Source: Eledone cirrhosa
Taxonomy: Eukaryota
DNA length: 64,000 nt
Reading direction: 5' to 3'
Assembly (NCBI GenBank): GCA_964016885.1
Contig: OZ024761.1
Span: 22,630,001-22,694,000, forward strand
Position 1 is the stretch's first letter; every line of letters starts with the position of its first letter. The position numbers were made by a program, and so were the translations under genes. Below are positions 38,061-51,415 of the stretch, piece after piece. The notes under the pieces were generated by a model that had not been told where the DNA came from, made no database searches, and saw only the letters and a list, made by a program, of their open reading frames with translations.

Positions 38061-39475
38061 CCCTTAAACATTCTCACCCCATACCATAGTACCAGGGCTG
38101 TAATCACCTTTCTTGATTATTTTACTTTAATTTCAGAATCTTTTTCGAAAACTTAAAAACCAAAATAACAGACTTATATATATATATATATATATATAAA
38201 AGGAAAAAAATATATTAAATTTAAAACCAAAAATATTTTTGTTTAAATTCTGTGTAGCTAACCTCAACTAAAATCAAACCTCAAACTGGCCTAAATAACA
38301 ATTTAAGCTTATATTGTTCATCTAGTCCTAGCAAAACAGCTTCAGTCCTCTGCAAACAATACCAATTACATCTTACCTTATTTAGGGATAAGGCTGAAAA
38401 ATCTGATTTTAAAATTTTAACTGTTAAGAAAACACCTGAAAATTAATTATATTCGTACAGTCTTTTAACACAAGTTTTTTGCAGATTCTTTTTTTTTTCC
38501 GTTTTTTTTTTAAATTATTAACTTGAATAATAATTATATAAGAATAATATAATATAATATAATATAATATAATATAATATAATAATAATAATGATAATAT
38601 AATAATAATAATAAAGTCAATTTGAGCAGGACTAAACATATTGCTAGATTGTTAAAAAACAAAAACTTTGGAAACATTTTATAATTATTATTATTAAACT
38701 TAGAGGGAAGGAAATGATTAAAATATATATATATTATACACATCTGAAAACACAGTAGATTTGAGTTAACCCTTTGTAATGTGTGTTTGGAAGATTATTA
38801 TCATAAATTAACAAAATATTACATATATATACATATACATATATATACATATATATATATATACATATATACATATATCTATATATACATATATATAAAC
38901 ACATTTATATATATATATATACACACATACACACCATTGGAAAATAGCAGCATTAAACATGGAATTATAAGTGACAATGTACAGTGTTATTTCATTTATA
39001 TACTTACATAGAAAACCTCTGAAAGGGAAAACAACTAAACAAACGGCACCGAATGTAACAACTTACCAATATTTAGTCATTTATTTAGTCCAACTAACTA
39101 AAAACAATGTAACTTCATTGAATGAGAAAGAAAGTTCTGTATTATAAGAATTATCACACACATACAAAAACATCTAATACATACACATATATATTCCCAC
39201 AGAAACCTATTACATACACAAATATATACTCACAAACATCTATTATATACACATACATATTCCCACAAACATCTATTATATACACATACATATTCCCACA
39301 AACATCTATTATATACACATACATATTCCCACAAACATCTATTATATACACATACATATTCCCACAAACATCTATTATATACACATACATATTCCCACAA
39401 ACATCTATTATATACACATACACTCATATATATACACCCACAAATATCATACACACTCATATATATCTATTACAT

Positions 39476-39506
<31 letters not shown>

Positions 39507-40821
39507 ATGATGATGATGATATATATATATATACACACACTCAAATATGTATACGCACAGAAATCTATTACATACACACTCATATATATACACCTACAAA
39601 TATCTATTACAAACACACACACACATATATATATATAATCTCACAAAACTATTACATACACTCATATATATATATATATACATTTATATATACACACGCT
39701 CAAATATGTATACGCACAGAAATCTATTACATACACACTCATATATACTCACAGAAATCTATATCATCATTTTACGTCCACTTTTCCCTGCTTGCAAGGG
39801 TTGGACGGGAACTGATTCTGGCTTGTTTTCTACAGCTGGATGCCCTTCCTAACACCAACCTCATTTACAGTGAGTGCTGGGTGCTTTTTTTCCGTGGCGC
39901 CTCCACGTCCACTTTACAGTGAGTGCTGGGTGCTTTTTTTCCGTGGCGCCTCCACGTCCACTTTACAGTGAGTGCTGGATGCTTTTTTTCCGTGGCGCCT
40001 ACATGTCCACTTTACAGTGTGGCCTGGGTGCTTTTTTGCCGTGGCACCTCCACGACCACTTTGCAGTGGAATGATAGGGACCCCAGTCCTATCATCTCAT
40101 TTCTACAGCTGAGTAAACTGGAGCAATGTGAAATAAAGTCTCTTGCTCAAGGAAAACATATCACTCGGTCTGAGAATTGAACTCACCTCTCGATTGCAAG
40201 CCCAATGCTCTAACTACTAACCCATGTGCCTCCACATACAGACTCAGAAATATATACTCACTTAAATATATATACCCATAGAAATCTATATTATACACAC
40301 TCAAATATATACCCACAGAAATCTATATTATACACACTCAAATATATATCCACTCGTATAAATCTATATTATACACACTCAAATATATACCCACTATAAA
40401 TCTATATTATACACACTCAAATACATACCCACTATAAATCTATATTATACACACTCAAATATATACCCACTATAAATCTATATTATACACACTCAAATAT
40501 ATACCCACTATAAATCTATATTATACACACTCAAATATATACCCACTATAAATCTATATAATAGATTCATAAATCTATTATATATATACATTTGTATAAA
40601 TCTATTATATATTCGCAAACTTATATGCACTTGTATAAATGCATATTATACATACATATATATATATATATATATTATATATTTGGTCATATACCCACAA
40701 GGAGATATGTATGTATGCTCATATACACATGAAAATATGTATATATCTATAGCAATATATATTTGTGTGTGTGCTTCTACACACATGTCTATATATAAAT
40801 ATATACATATTGTTATACACA

Positions 40822-41064
40822 CACCAATTGAGTTTCACTTCAGTTCATTAGTAGTTGAGTAATTAATCCTTTAATCAGTTAATTTAATAACTGGTTGGTT
40901 GTTTACTTAATTGTCAAAGTTCTTTCGCCACACATTATGTGACCTTTTCAATGACTATGTATGTTACTCTCTATTCTGATCATCTTCTAACTACTCAATC
41001 TTAATAAAATAACTGATGACTAGATTACTTAATAATAATAAACTGAAGTGAAACTCAACAGGTG
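40822..41064. mobile_element. MITE-like element with approximately 24-bp TIRs
   Basis: CACCAATTGAGTTTCACTTCAGTT ... AACTGAAGTGAAACTCAACAGGTG. Confidence 0.6.
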
Positions 41065-41403
41065 CATGTGTTTTTATAGGCAACATGACGCTACCAAAGT
41101 ATAACAGATGTTTTCAACACACCATTTCATAACAAGAATCTTGCAGAACAAATACAAAAACAAAATATATACATATATATATATGCATATATGTGTGTAG
41201 ATATATATATATACACACACAGATATGTATGTATGTATATATAAATATATACATTTACATATACTCCCAGATTCCTAAACATTTACATATACTCTCAGAT
41301 TCCTAAACATTCACACTCCTATATACAAACACACACACAAAGTCTTAGATTTTCCTAATATTTTCATATAGAAATTTTACAAAGTTTCTCCAAGCAAACT
41401 TAC

Positions 41404-41538
41404 CTAAATATTGCTTCTCCTGATCCCCTGAAAGGTTTGCAGGAATAACGGTTGGCATTCCAGGAATGATGGTTTTATCTGTTTCCTCATTTCCCCAACG
41501 ACTACGTTTTTTCTGCTTCCGCCTCTCAGCATTCCAAT
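41404..41538 (-). CDS. SF1: SF1 exon 2: U2AF-ligand motif (KQKKRSRWG...IIPGMPTVIPANLSGDQEKQYL)
   Basis: Matches human SF1 KKRKRSRW...VIPGMPTVIP; pyrimidine tract+tag acceptor, gtaagt donor, 135 nt, phase 1-1. Confidence 0.96.
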   Translation of the reverse strand: MGMLRGGSRKNVVVGEMRKQIKPSFLECQPLFLQTFQGIRRSNI

Positions 41539-42394
41539 CTACAACAAAAGGGAAAAGGGGGGAAAAAAAAACATTAGAAAACATTCTAACTCTACAACAG
41601 AAGATTTTATCATTTAGCAACCAAATAGTCAACAATTTAAAGGGATTTAGTAAAATAACCAACTATTTTAAGCTGGTGTTTAGTACATAGCTTAAATATA
41701 TTGAGTTGGTTTGAGGCAATTGGTTATTAAAAGGGTTGATCTTGTATTGTAAGTGTAAATACAGAGAAACAAACATACATACACACATTGTAAATGTAAA
41801 TACAGAGAAACAAACATACATACACACATTGTAAATGTAAATATAGAGAAACAAACATACATACACACATTGTAAGTGTAAATACAGAGAAACAAACATA
41901 CATACACACATTGTAAGTGTAAATACCGACATAGAAACATACATACACACAGCTGTAACAATTTGGTTGAAGAAACATTTTGTTGCTCATTGTTTTGGTA
42001 AAAGACAAGTTATCAAAAAGCAGTATATAAGATTATACGCTGTTACTCATTTGACAAATAAACTGCTTAATGAACTCAACCACCAGGATATGGGCCAAAC
42101 GTGGAAGAGCCGAACTCCCACTGTCATCACCTCCATCTCTCTGTATGGTGAGTAAATGGGGTCTCATGTGCTGGCCTCCCCTCAGCCCCAGCGGATAGAA
42201 TGGAGAAGGCGTTTCCCCAGAGGATGGTAAGGGAAACAGGTTATATACTACTGTAAATAATACATATACATATATATATATTATAACAGGAGGCTATCCA
42301 GTGGTGAACCAACAAACCTAAATGAATATATATGTGTGTCCCACCCTTGCAAGCAGGGAAAAGCGGACGTAAAATGATGATGATGATATATATA

Positions 42395-42800
42395 TCATCA
42401 TCATGATTTTACGTCCACTTTTCCCTGCTTGCAAGGGTGGGATGGGAACCGATTCTGGCTTGATTTCTACAGCTGGATGCCCTTCCTAACACCAACTTCA
42501 TTTACAGTGGGTGCTTTTTTGCCGTGGCGCCTCCACGACCACTTTGCAGTGTGGGCTGGGTGCTTATTTGCCGTGGTGCCTCCACAACCACTTTGCAGTG
42601 TGGGCTGGGTGCTTATTTGCCGTGGCACCTCCACAACCACTTTGCAGTGTGGGCTGGGTGCTTTTTTGCCGTGGCACCTCCACAACCACTTTGCAGTGTG
42701 GGCTGGGTGCTTATTTGCCGTGGTGCCTCCACAACCACTTTGCAGTGTGGGCTGGGTGCTTATTTGCTGTGGCACCTCCACGACCACTTTGCAGTGGAAT
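42395..42800 (-). mobile_element. GAT-tailed SINE with tandemly amplified 51-nt internal unit (similar copy 39765-40070)
   Basis: Reverse complement of AGGAAGGGCATCCAGCTGTAGAAA ... CTTGCAAGCAGGGAAAAG.GGACGTAAAA.(GAT)n. Confidence 0.75.
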
Positions 42801-42979
42801 GATATATATATTTATGTATATAATGTTGAACTTAATATATACACTCTGCTTTAGCTTTAAGTGCTAATATTGGCAAGAGCTCAGCCGTAGGGCAGAAAAT
42901 CATAATACCTACACACTTCCACTTAAGTATAGAGTACTAAGCTGAACAATGGTCTTACTAGTAACACCCAGTCACCCAT

Positions 42980-43010
<31 letters not shown>

Positions 43011-44994
43011 CATACACACACAACAGCCAAAAAAAAAACAATTATAAAAATGAAAAGAAAAAGACCACCCCCACCACCCAGTAGCAGGATTGTCATTAAC
43101 GAAGGGAAATGGGTATAAGTTTACTAAATAATGTGGTGAGGGAAAAAAGTAAAGAGCAATTAGTTAAACTATTATAAACATGTTATAAAGTAACACAGTT
43201 GTGTGGAGTGATGGCAGTAGGGGCGTGTGATGGTAGGGGAGAGAGGGTATTGTGGGGTGACAGGGTTGGGGGTTATTGTGGAGTGACAGTTGGGGGTGGT
43301 GATGGCAGGGGGGGGGTATTGTGGAGTGACACATTTGGGGGGGTGAATTGTGGAGTAACGGAGCTGGGGGTGTGATGGTAGGGGGGCTGTTATATTGGAG
43401 TGACAGAGTTGGGGAGGGGGTGATGATGACAGGGGGGGGGGGGGGGGGCATTTATGAGGTCAACCTTGGAAACCTATCAAATGAGGACAAACATTTTATT
43501 TTTTTTTTATATTTATATATCTTTTGAAACACGGAGAAACTACTAAATGGTCACTCAGAATGCAAGAAATAACAGCCAACCTTCGTCAAATAAAAAAGAC
43601 TCATTGGAAAATGTGCGTGTAACCCAGTAAAATCTGTCGCATTGCCGGATCGTCGGCGACTAAACCGGCAACCCCACTAAGATTACTTGATGAGGAGGGT
43701 GATTTTGGACACCCTGCAGGACAAAAAACGAAAGCTGACAAAGGGCGGAAGAACTCATAAGAGTCAACGGCCATCCAAAAATGTGTAAATATGTTTATAC
43801 ACATGTACATATGTATGTATATGTGTGTGTGCATGTGTATGTATATGCGCGGGGACATAGAAATAGTCGGGCTGGACACCCGATTGCGCGGTTAAACCAT
43901 CGGGAGTGAAGGACCCCTCGCCTTTGTCAGGGCCTTCTTCTAAGAGAAGGCAACTCAGGAAACTGGGATAACTACGATATAAAACCTGCGGCTCAGTAGT
44001 TACTGATGATGTTGAACTTTTCTTCTTTTCGGGTTATAGCTACTGTCGCTCAGAGAGTGGGATTGGCTCAGTGCACAGTCTTTCCTCACTTTAAAAAAAT
44101 ATCTTCATGCACAGGCATTGCACGATAGAATTAATTAATAATTACTAATAATGGTATATCGTGCAATGGCCATACTCGATAACGAGGGGGCAGCCATTAT
44201 ATATATACACACACATATATAAATCCGCGGTGACACACATACTGATAAACTAGGTCACAAGCGAACCTCCTCTTTGTTGTTCGACCTAAATAATAATAAA
44301 AAGGTATCAAATCTCCCTCACAATACCTCACCACCACCACCACCACCGGTTGAGAAACGATCATCTATACACACTAAGAGATGTATTAATAAATAGAACC
44401 CCTAGTGGCCTCATGCGGACCCCTAGAATTCCGGGGTACACCGGTTCAGAAAACGATCATCGATACACACCAAACAGATCATCATCATCATCATCATCAT
44501 CATTTTACGTCTGCTTTTCCCTGCTTGCAAGGGTTGGGCAAATATGGTACTAATTAATTCATTAATTATTATAATCAATTAATTAATTACTTATTTCGTC
44601 TATAATGAAATGACGAGCTACCGTGCATGCTGGATGTTATACAACAATAACTGGTTTTATATAAAGACAAGACCGAGGGAGTGGGGACAAACGATTATAT
44701 CAACACCCCCCCCCCACAACCCTTGTCCCTAGTACTTGACTGGTACTTTAATTCATCGACCTCTCAGAAGAACAAGAGTTGGAACCAATTTCGCAACACA
44801 TCTCGTGGAGGCGTGAGGTTTAGTGGTTAAAGTGTTGGACTAATTTAATTTACAGGGAAATTCATATTTTCTGGCATGTTTATATATTTAAAAATGTGTA
44901 TATTTATATACACACCGTTGCAGTCTCGGCTGCACACACTGTATATATACAGATATAACTTTATCACACACTTCACTTCGGCTCCTAGCGCATT

Positions 44995-45048
<54 letters not shown>

Positions 45049-45049
<1 letters not shown>

Positions 45050-45248
45050 CGAGGGAAAAGTGGTAAGGAACCAGGTGGGCCATAACGCACCAAAGTACTC
45101 AATACTTAGAGTAGTAGAGTGGGTAATAGGAGTAAGTAAGACCCCGACGGCTGAGCTCAAGCCGTTTCGACGGCTAATTCTGTACTCAATTCTGTACAGA
45201 ATTAGCCGTCGAAACGGCTTGAGCTCAGCCGTCGGGGTCTTACTTACT

Positions 45249-45253
<5 letters not shown>
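45049..45253. mobile_element. (TA)n-embedded palindromic element, copy with a perfect 60-bp inverted repeat
   Basis: Arms 45126-45185 and 45194-45253; left part shared with 58472-58806. Confidence 0.7.
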
Positions 45254-45291
<38 letters not shown>

Positions 45292-45956
45292 TCACACATG
45301 AAGTAGACACGCTGTCTAGTAAAAGAAAATTTAATTGGCAAATATGATTTAGAAATATATTCTAGGATGGTTTTTGAGAAGTGGGTGACATATATAAAAT
45401 GGGGAGGGGGGGTTTATATAGATCTAGATCTACAAAATATTATTAAAACCCACAAAATGTACATAATGATGAAATATAAACCAGGATTTATATTTAAATA
45501 TCTTGCAATATGAGTGAAGCCTTGTTAATCTGGAGTTTCACCTCTGCGTAGTGCAGAGATTCATCACTTAGCTATAATAAACAACAGAGAGGGAGGGAGA
45601 GGGGGCAAAATCCCGACCGCGGGGCCAAGCGGTTTCAGCTTGGCGCCACGGTCGAGATTATATATTTTATATATCTCCCTACACCCACTCTGCATGTCTA
45701 GATGGATTGAGTACTCTCTTGATTAGGGGTCTCCCCGGTCTCGGCCGCGCAGACGCTACACCCGTATACATATATACATATTATAATTGGTAAATCATTA
45801 CAATGCAGGTAGGAACATGTAAAATGACATGCAGTGTATGTATGTATATATATATACAGGGTGCCCAAAAAACGTATATACACAGGCTGTGCATTCTAAT
45901 AAATATTGCCTGTACAGGTAATCAAAGTATATTTTTGGGGGGGTCATTCTGTATGC

Positions 45957-45979
<23 letters not shown>

Positions 45980-45988
<9 letters not shown>

Positions 45989-46351
45989 CGTGTGTAAATA
46001 TATATATATATATATATATATTTATTAAAATAACAGATTAAAGTTAAAGCAAAGAATCAAATGTATATATATATATATACACACACCGTGTGTAAATATA
46101 TATATATATATATTTACACACACCGTGTGTAAATATATATATATATACACACCGTGTGTAAATATATATATATATATACACACCGTGTGTAAATATATAT
46201 ATATATATATATACACACCGTGTGTAAATATATATATATATACACACCGTGTGTAAATATATATATATATATATACACACCGTGTGTAAATATATATATA
46301 TATATACACACCGTGTGTAAATATATATATATATATACACACCGTGTGTAA

Positions 46352-46383
<32 letters not shown>

Positions 46384-46437
46384 CGTGTGTAAATATATAT
46401 ATATATATATATACATACACACACACACACCGTGTGT
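45980..46437. repeat. Array of ACACACCGTGTGTAAA dyad cores separated by variable (TA)n
   Basis: About a dozen copies seen directly. Confidence 0.9.
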
Positions 46438-46764
46438 GCGGTGTTTAAAACGCAGAAACTAAGTATTGATACTATACGTAATTTATTCTAAGTGCTGTGA
46501 TTTCACCATGTTTTCCTGAACAGGTAACTGCAAGATGTGTGTGTGTCTATATATATATATACATATATAGACACACACATATACATATATATATATATAT
46601 ATATACATACGTATATATATATATATGTCTGTGTATATGTGTATCACATGCGCCAACCAAGGGAACCTTAACCCTATATATGCGATGAATCCGGCGAAAT
46701 TAGACGCGATATTTTCTCATTTCGAAGACAATCGTTGAATTAATATCAGCGATCTTCGTTAATT

Positions 46765-46825
<61 letters not shown>

Positions 46826-46859
46826 ATGTATACGTGTTTCTAGGGTGATTAGTTATTTC

Positions 46860-47605
46860 GTCTAAGTTATATAATATATAAACTGTACAATATAACTTAG
46901 ATCAAATGCCGTATATATGAATATATATATATATAAATATATACGGCATTTTATCTAAGTTATATTGTACAGTTTATATATATATAAACATCTACATACA
47001 TAACTTAGATCAAATGCCGTATATATATAAATATATATATATATAATATATAAACATCTACATACATAACTTAGATAAAATGCCGTATATATATAAATAT
47101 ATATATATATAATATATAAACATCTACATATATAACTTAGATCAAATGCTGTATATATATATAAATATATATATATAATATATAAACATCTACATATATA
47201 ACTTAGATCAAATGCCGTATATATATTTATATCTATATATAATATATAAACATCTACATATATAACTTAGATCAAATGCCGTATATATATTTATATCTAT
47301 ATATAATATATAAACATCTACATATATAACTTAGATCAAATGCCGTATATATATAATATATATATATATACACTCGGCATTTTATCTAAGTTATATTGTA
47401 CAGTATATATATATATATATATATAAACATCTACATATATAACTTAGATCAAATGTCGTATATATTTATATATATATATACACTCGGCATTTTATCTAAG
47501 TTATATTGTACAGTATATATATATCTATAACTTACATCAAATGTCGTATATATATAAATATATATATACACTCGGCATTTTATCTAAGTTATATTGTACA
47601 GTTAT
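46860..47605. repeat. Fold-back satellite: approximately 60-nt unit present in both orientations
   Basis: TAACTTAGATCAAATGCCG alternates with its near reverse complement CGGCATTTTATCTAAGTTA. Confidence 0.85.
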
Positions 47606-47926
47606 ATATAATCATTGTTTCTCAATATATGACATGGCCTCTGATATACATATATACATGATCTCTCTGTATGTATATACACACACGCACATAAATATAT
47701 ACATATCTCTCTCTCTATATATATACACACATATACATATCTCTCTCTCTCTATATATATATATATATACACATATACATATATATGATAAAGGGAAAAG
47801 AATGACTTTACTTATAGTTGGCATACTAAACAATTTAATTGTATAATTTTGCTATAAAGATCTATCTATATATAAAAATATATATATATTTAACTGAAGA
47901 TACTAATATATTTTTGAAACACTTAC

Positions 47927-47966
47927 CAAATTCCATGTGTCGCTTGGCTCCACTAGCTGAAAGCAT
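47927..47966 (-). CDS. SF1: Splicing factor 1, putative first coding exon (MLSASGAKRHMEF+G)
   Basis: ATG in caaaATG context, 40 nt ending G|gtaagt (phase 1), joins exon 2 in frame to give ...MEFDWNAERRKQKKRSRW. Only weak similarity to the vertebrate N-terminus, so assigned by splice logic and position. Confidence 0.6.
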
Positions 47967-48254
47967 TTTGTGTTTCTACTTAGGATATATATATATATAT
48001 GATATATATATGATATATATATATATATATATATGTCTTAAGAGGTAGAGTGCTACAAGAGGACAGGATTGGGTGGGTAAATGTAAGGTATTCTCCTTTA
48101 TAACTGTACACTGTCAGATTAATTACGATGCAAAATAATAAAGCCACCCGGCTTGCTGCAGTAGGGAAACAGGAAGCTCAATGCCAACGGGTCTTCATCA
48201 CGATTAATAATATAAACTGAAACAAAAACAAGTCTCTACAATTGTGGAAAGAAC

Positions 48255-48295
48255 AACTATGAAAATGGCGTTTGCAAAGAGCGCGACCTCGTTTT
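48255..48295 (-). promoter_or_regulatory. Candidate SF1 core promoter/TSS region with YY1-type CGCCATTTT motif
   Basis: AAAATGGCG at 48262-48270 in a small CpG-containing patch about 300 nt upstream of the putative ATG, bounded by a long CT-rich tract. Confidence 0.4.
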
Positions 48296-49030
48296 CGTCT
48301 ACCTCTCTCTCTCACTCCCTCTCTACTCGTGTTTTACTTTCTCTTTTTCCCTCCTCTGTCTATTCCTCCTCTTTCTCTCTCTCGTTTTATTTTACTCGAT
48401 CTATTTTTCACTCTCTTTCACTTCCCCTCTTTCGTTCTCCGTTTCCTCCCCTTCCTCTCTATCTTTCCCTCCCATAGTGCTCTGTCTTTCTTCTCTCTCT
48501 TTCTGTCTTATTCGTTCTCCGTTTCCTCCCCTTCCTCTCTACCTTTCCCTGCCCTATTGCTCTGTCTTTCTCCTCTCTCTTTCTGTCTTATTCGTTCTCG
48601 GTTCCTCCCCTTCCTCTCTATCTTTCCCTCCTATAGTGCTCTGTCTTTCTTCTCTCTCTTTCTGTCTTATTCGTTCTCGGTTCCTCCCCTTCCTCTCTAC
48701 CTTTCCCTGCCTTATTGCTCTGTCTTTCTCCTCTCTCTTTCTGTCTTATTCATTCTTTTTCCCTCCTCTTCCTCTCTACCTTTCTCTCCGCTAGTGTTCC
48801 GTCTTTCTCCTCTCTCTTTCTGTCTTATTCGTTCTCCATTCTTCCCCTTCCTCTCTATCTTTCTATTACTCGATCTCTTCCACACACTTCCTCTTTCTCT
48901 CTTTCCTCCCCTTCGTTGTTTTTCCTTCCCTCGATGTTCCTCTATCTTTCTCTCTGTCCCTCCACTTCCTTTGTATCTTTCCTTTACTTCTTCTCTTCCC
49001 CTCTTTGTCTTACTCTTTCTCTCTCTCTTG
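48295..49030. repeat. Long polypyrimidine/polypurine tract with internal repeats (a GA-rich counterpart lies at 60570-61215)
   Basis: Composition and repeated CTCTCTTTCTGTCTTATTCGTTCTC blocks. Confidence 0.85.
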
Positions 49031-49317
49031 AATTGCTCCTTAACTTATTCTTGTACCGGTGAATGCAGAAACACGTCCCCACTTTCATGCTAATTTCTTT
49101 TTAATTTCAGCTTCTACATTTCATTAACCTAATAGGTAACGTGTGCAATGAGTGGGCATAGACACTAAGGTCAAATAATGACCACACAAGAAAGTAAACA
49201 CTGAGTTGTGCAATGTCCAATCGATATCATAGCGTTTTACGCATATGCGACCTTCATTTCCAAACTATGCCAAGCTGTTAAAAATTAGGTGCATATCGGT
49301 GTCACTACAAACGTGTC

Positions 49318-49530
49318 CTTACAAGTATTGGCCGCTCTCTGATGGGTCTGTGGTAGATCCTGTAGCAGTGGAGACATCCGATGTTCTTGACCCTCTGACC
49401 TCATCCCTGCTCACTGCTATCGAGGTGGAGTTGGCTGCCCTCAGGTGCGAGCCCTGCGAGATGAAATGGGCTATTGCAGTGTGTCACACTTGCTGCCCTC
49501 CGAGGCAGTGCATCCTCCAATCTCTCGGTC
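49318..49530 (+). mobile_element. CRE-clade retrotransposon 3' relic
   Basis: YKYWPLSD...DPVAVETSDVLDPLTSSLLTAIEVELAALRCEPCEMKW aligns with the 8378 copy. Confidence 0.7.
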
Positions 49531-50262
49531 GGGACCAAGAGGAGAAGGGTACTTCCAAAGATGACAATTTAATGTTTCTTACACACTAAAATGAAAATAT
49601 GACTTCATTATTATATATCCCGCCGAGGTTGCTTTGCCTTTCATCCTTATGGGATTGATAAAATAAAGTACCAGTAATGATGCACTGGGGTCGATTTAAT
49701 CGACTTTCCCCTCTCACAAAATTGTTGGCTTTGTGCCTATACTAGAAATCATTATTATATATGTATATATCAAGGCAGAATCGGTAGAGCGTCCAACAAA
49801 ATACTTTGTGGATTAACACAGTAGATATGTGGTGTAGAGAGCTACATTAAAACAGTAGATATGTGGTGTAGAGAGCTACATTAAAACAGTAGATATGTGG
49901 TGTAGAGCTACATTAAAACAGTAGATATGTGGTGTAGAGAGCTACATTAAAACAGTACATGTGTAGTGTAGAGAGTTACATTAAAACAGTAAATTGTTTT
50001 TTTTTTCAACCTTTCACAAAACATGCATTTCTCATGGATTAATTAATCCATATAAACCTACTTTCCAATTTAAAAAATTTTAAATGGTGGCTGAACATCA
50101 AAGCAATCAGAGATTGAACCCTAAATCAAGGTCTCAGCAATCCCACATATCTTACCACTAGACCACAGAGACTGCTTTGAAAGTCTATTGAAAATTAATT
50201 ATTATAAACTTACTTTCCAATTTAGTATGGCTTATACTGAACATTAGTAATAGTATTTGATT

Positions 50263-51035
50263 CAGTCCACACTGTAAAGTGGTGGTGCAGGTGACACAGT
50301 AAAAAGGCTCCCAGTCCACACTGTAAAGTAGTAGTGCAGGTGACACAGTAAAAAGGCTCCCAGTCCACACTGTAAAGTGGTGGTGCAGGTGACACAGTAA
50401 AAAGGCTCCCAGTCCACACTGTAAAGTGGTGGTGCAGGTGACACAGTAAAAAGGCTCCCAGTCCACACTGTAAAGTGGTGGTGCAGGTGACACAGTAAAA
50501 AGGCTCCCAGTCCACACTGTAAAGTGGTGGTGCAGGTGACACAGTAAAAAGGCTCCCAGTCCACACTGTAAAGTGGTGGTGCAGGTGACACAGTAAAAAG
50601 GCTCCCAGTCCACACTGTAAAGTGGTGGTGCAGGTGACACAGTAAAAAGGCTCCCAGTCCACACTGTAAAGTGGTGGTGCAGGTGACACAGTAAAAAGGC
50701 TCCCAGTCCACACTGTAAAGTGGTGGTGCAGGTGACACAGTAAAAAGGCTCCCAGTCCACACTGTAAAGTGGTGGTGCAGGTGATACAGTAAAAAGGCTC
50801 CCAGCACACACTGTAAAGTGGTGGTGTAGGAGACACAGTAAAAAGCACCCAGCACACACTGTAACAGTTGTTGGCGCTAGGAAGGGCATCCAGCCGTAGA
50901 AAACCAACCAGAAACGCTCCTATATAAGCGAGACACAGTCAACCGACCCAAGTTGCCTCTAAATGGGACAAACCCGTCCAAACCCATCCTAAAGTGGAAG
51001 ATGGACGTTCAACGATGATGATGATAATGATGATT
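50263..51035 (+). mobile_element. GAT-tailed SINE 3' part preceded by about 12 tandem 49-nt internal units
   Basis: Unit CCAGTCCACACTGTAAAGTGGTGGTGCAGGTGACACAGTAAAAAGGCTC runs into AGGAAGGGCATCCAGCCGTAGAAA and a (GAT)n tail. Confidence 0.85.
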
Positions 51036-51134
51036 CGTTTGTAAACAAACGGCCCGAACGGACGAATCGAATATTATTATTAATGGTCGATATAACACAT
51101 ACGTACAAATGTATATCTATATGTACGTGTGATA

Positions 51135-51196
<62 letters not shown>

Positions 51197-51372
51197 ACTT
51201 ACATTTATGTATCAGCTGTGCTAGGGTGAGAAATAAAATTCTAATTTTATTTTCAATTTTCGGCAAGGCCATCCGTAGCTCGGTCGGTCGGCAAATGAGG
51301 CTACTCAACCGATGTATAATTCAGAAAATACCCAAAAATGTTTCCCCGTTCAACTGTTTGGCAGAGAGGTAT

Positions 51373-51415
51373 ACAGTCTTGATGAAGGGAAATGACCCTG
51401 AAACATGTTGATTGT
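51373..51415 (+). ncRNA. Near-intact minimal type I hammerhead ribozyme motif
   Basis: ACAGTC-TTGATGA-AGGG(aaatga)CCCT-GAAAC(AT)GTT-GATTGT: 6-bp stem I, 4-bp stem II, palindromic mini stem III; core C3>U. Confidence 0.6.

Noticed and set aside
43601-43879. ORF considered as an alternative SF1 first exon
   Set aside because: No SF1-like N-terminus or compatible donor; the sequence looks repeat-derived.
45201-45245. GAAAC-GGC...GCC-GTC looks like hammerhead stem III plus a GUC site
   Set aside because: No CUGANGA core on either side in any copy of the element.
48272-49093. 273-aa hydrophobic ORF resembling a membrane protein (also 60367-61287)
   Set aside because: Translation of a CT-rich low-complexity tract.
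50185-50907. Cys/His-rich 200-240 aa ORFs resembling metal-binding repeats
   Set aside because: 49-nt tandem repeat read in three frames gives the same rotating peptide.
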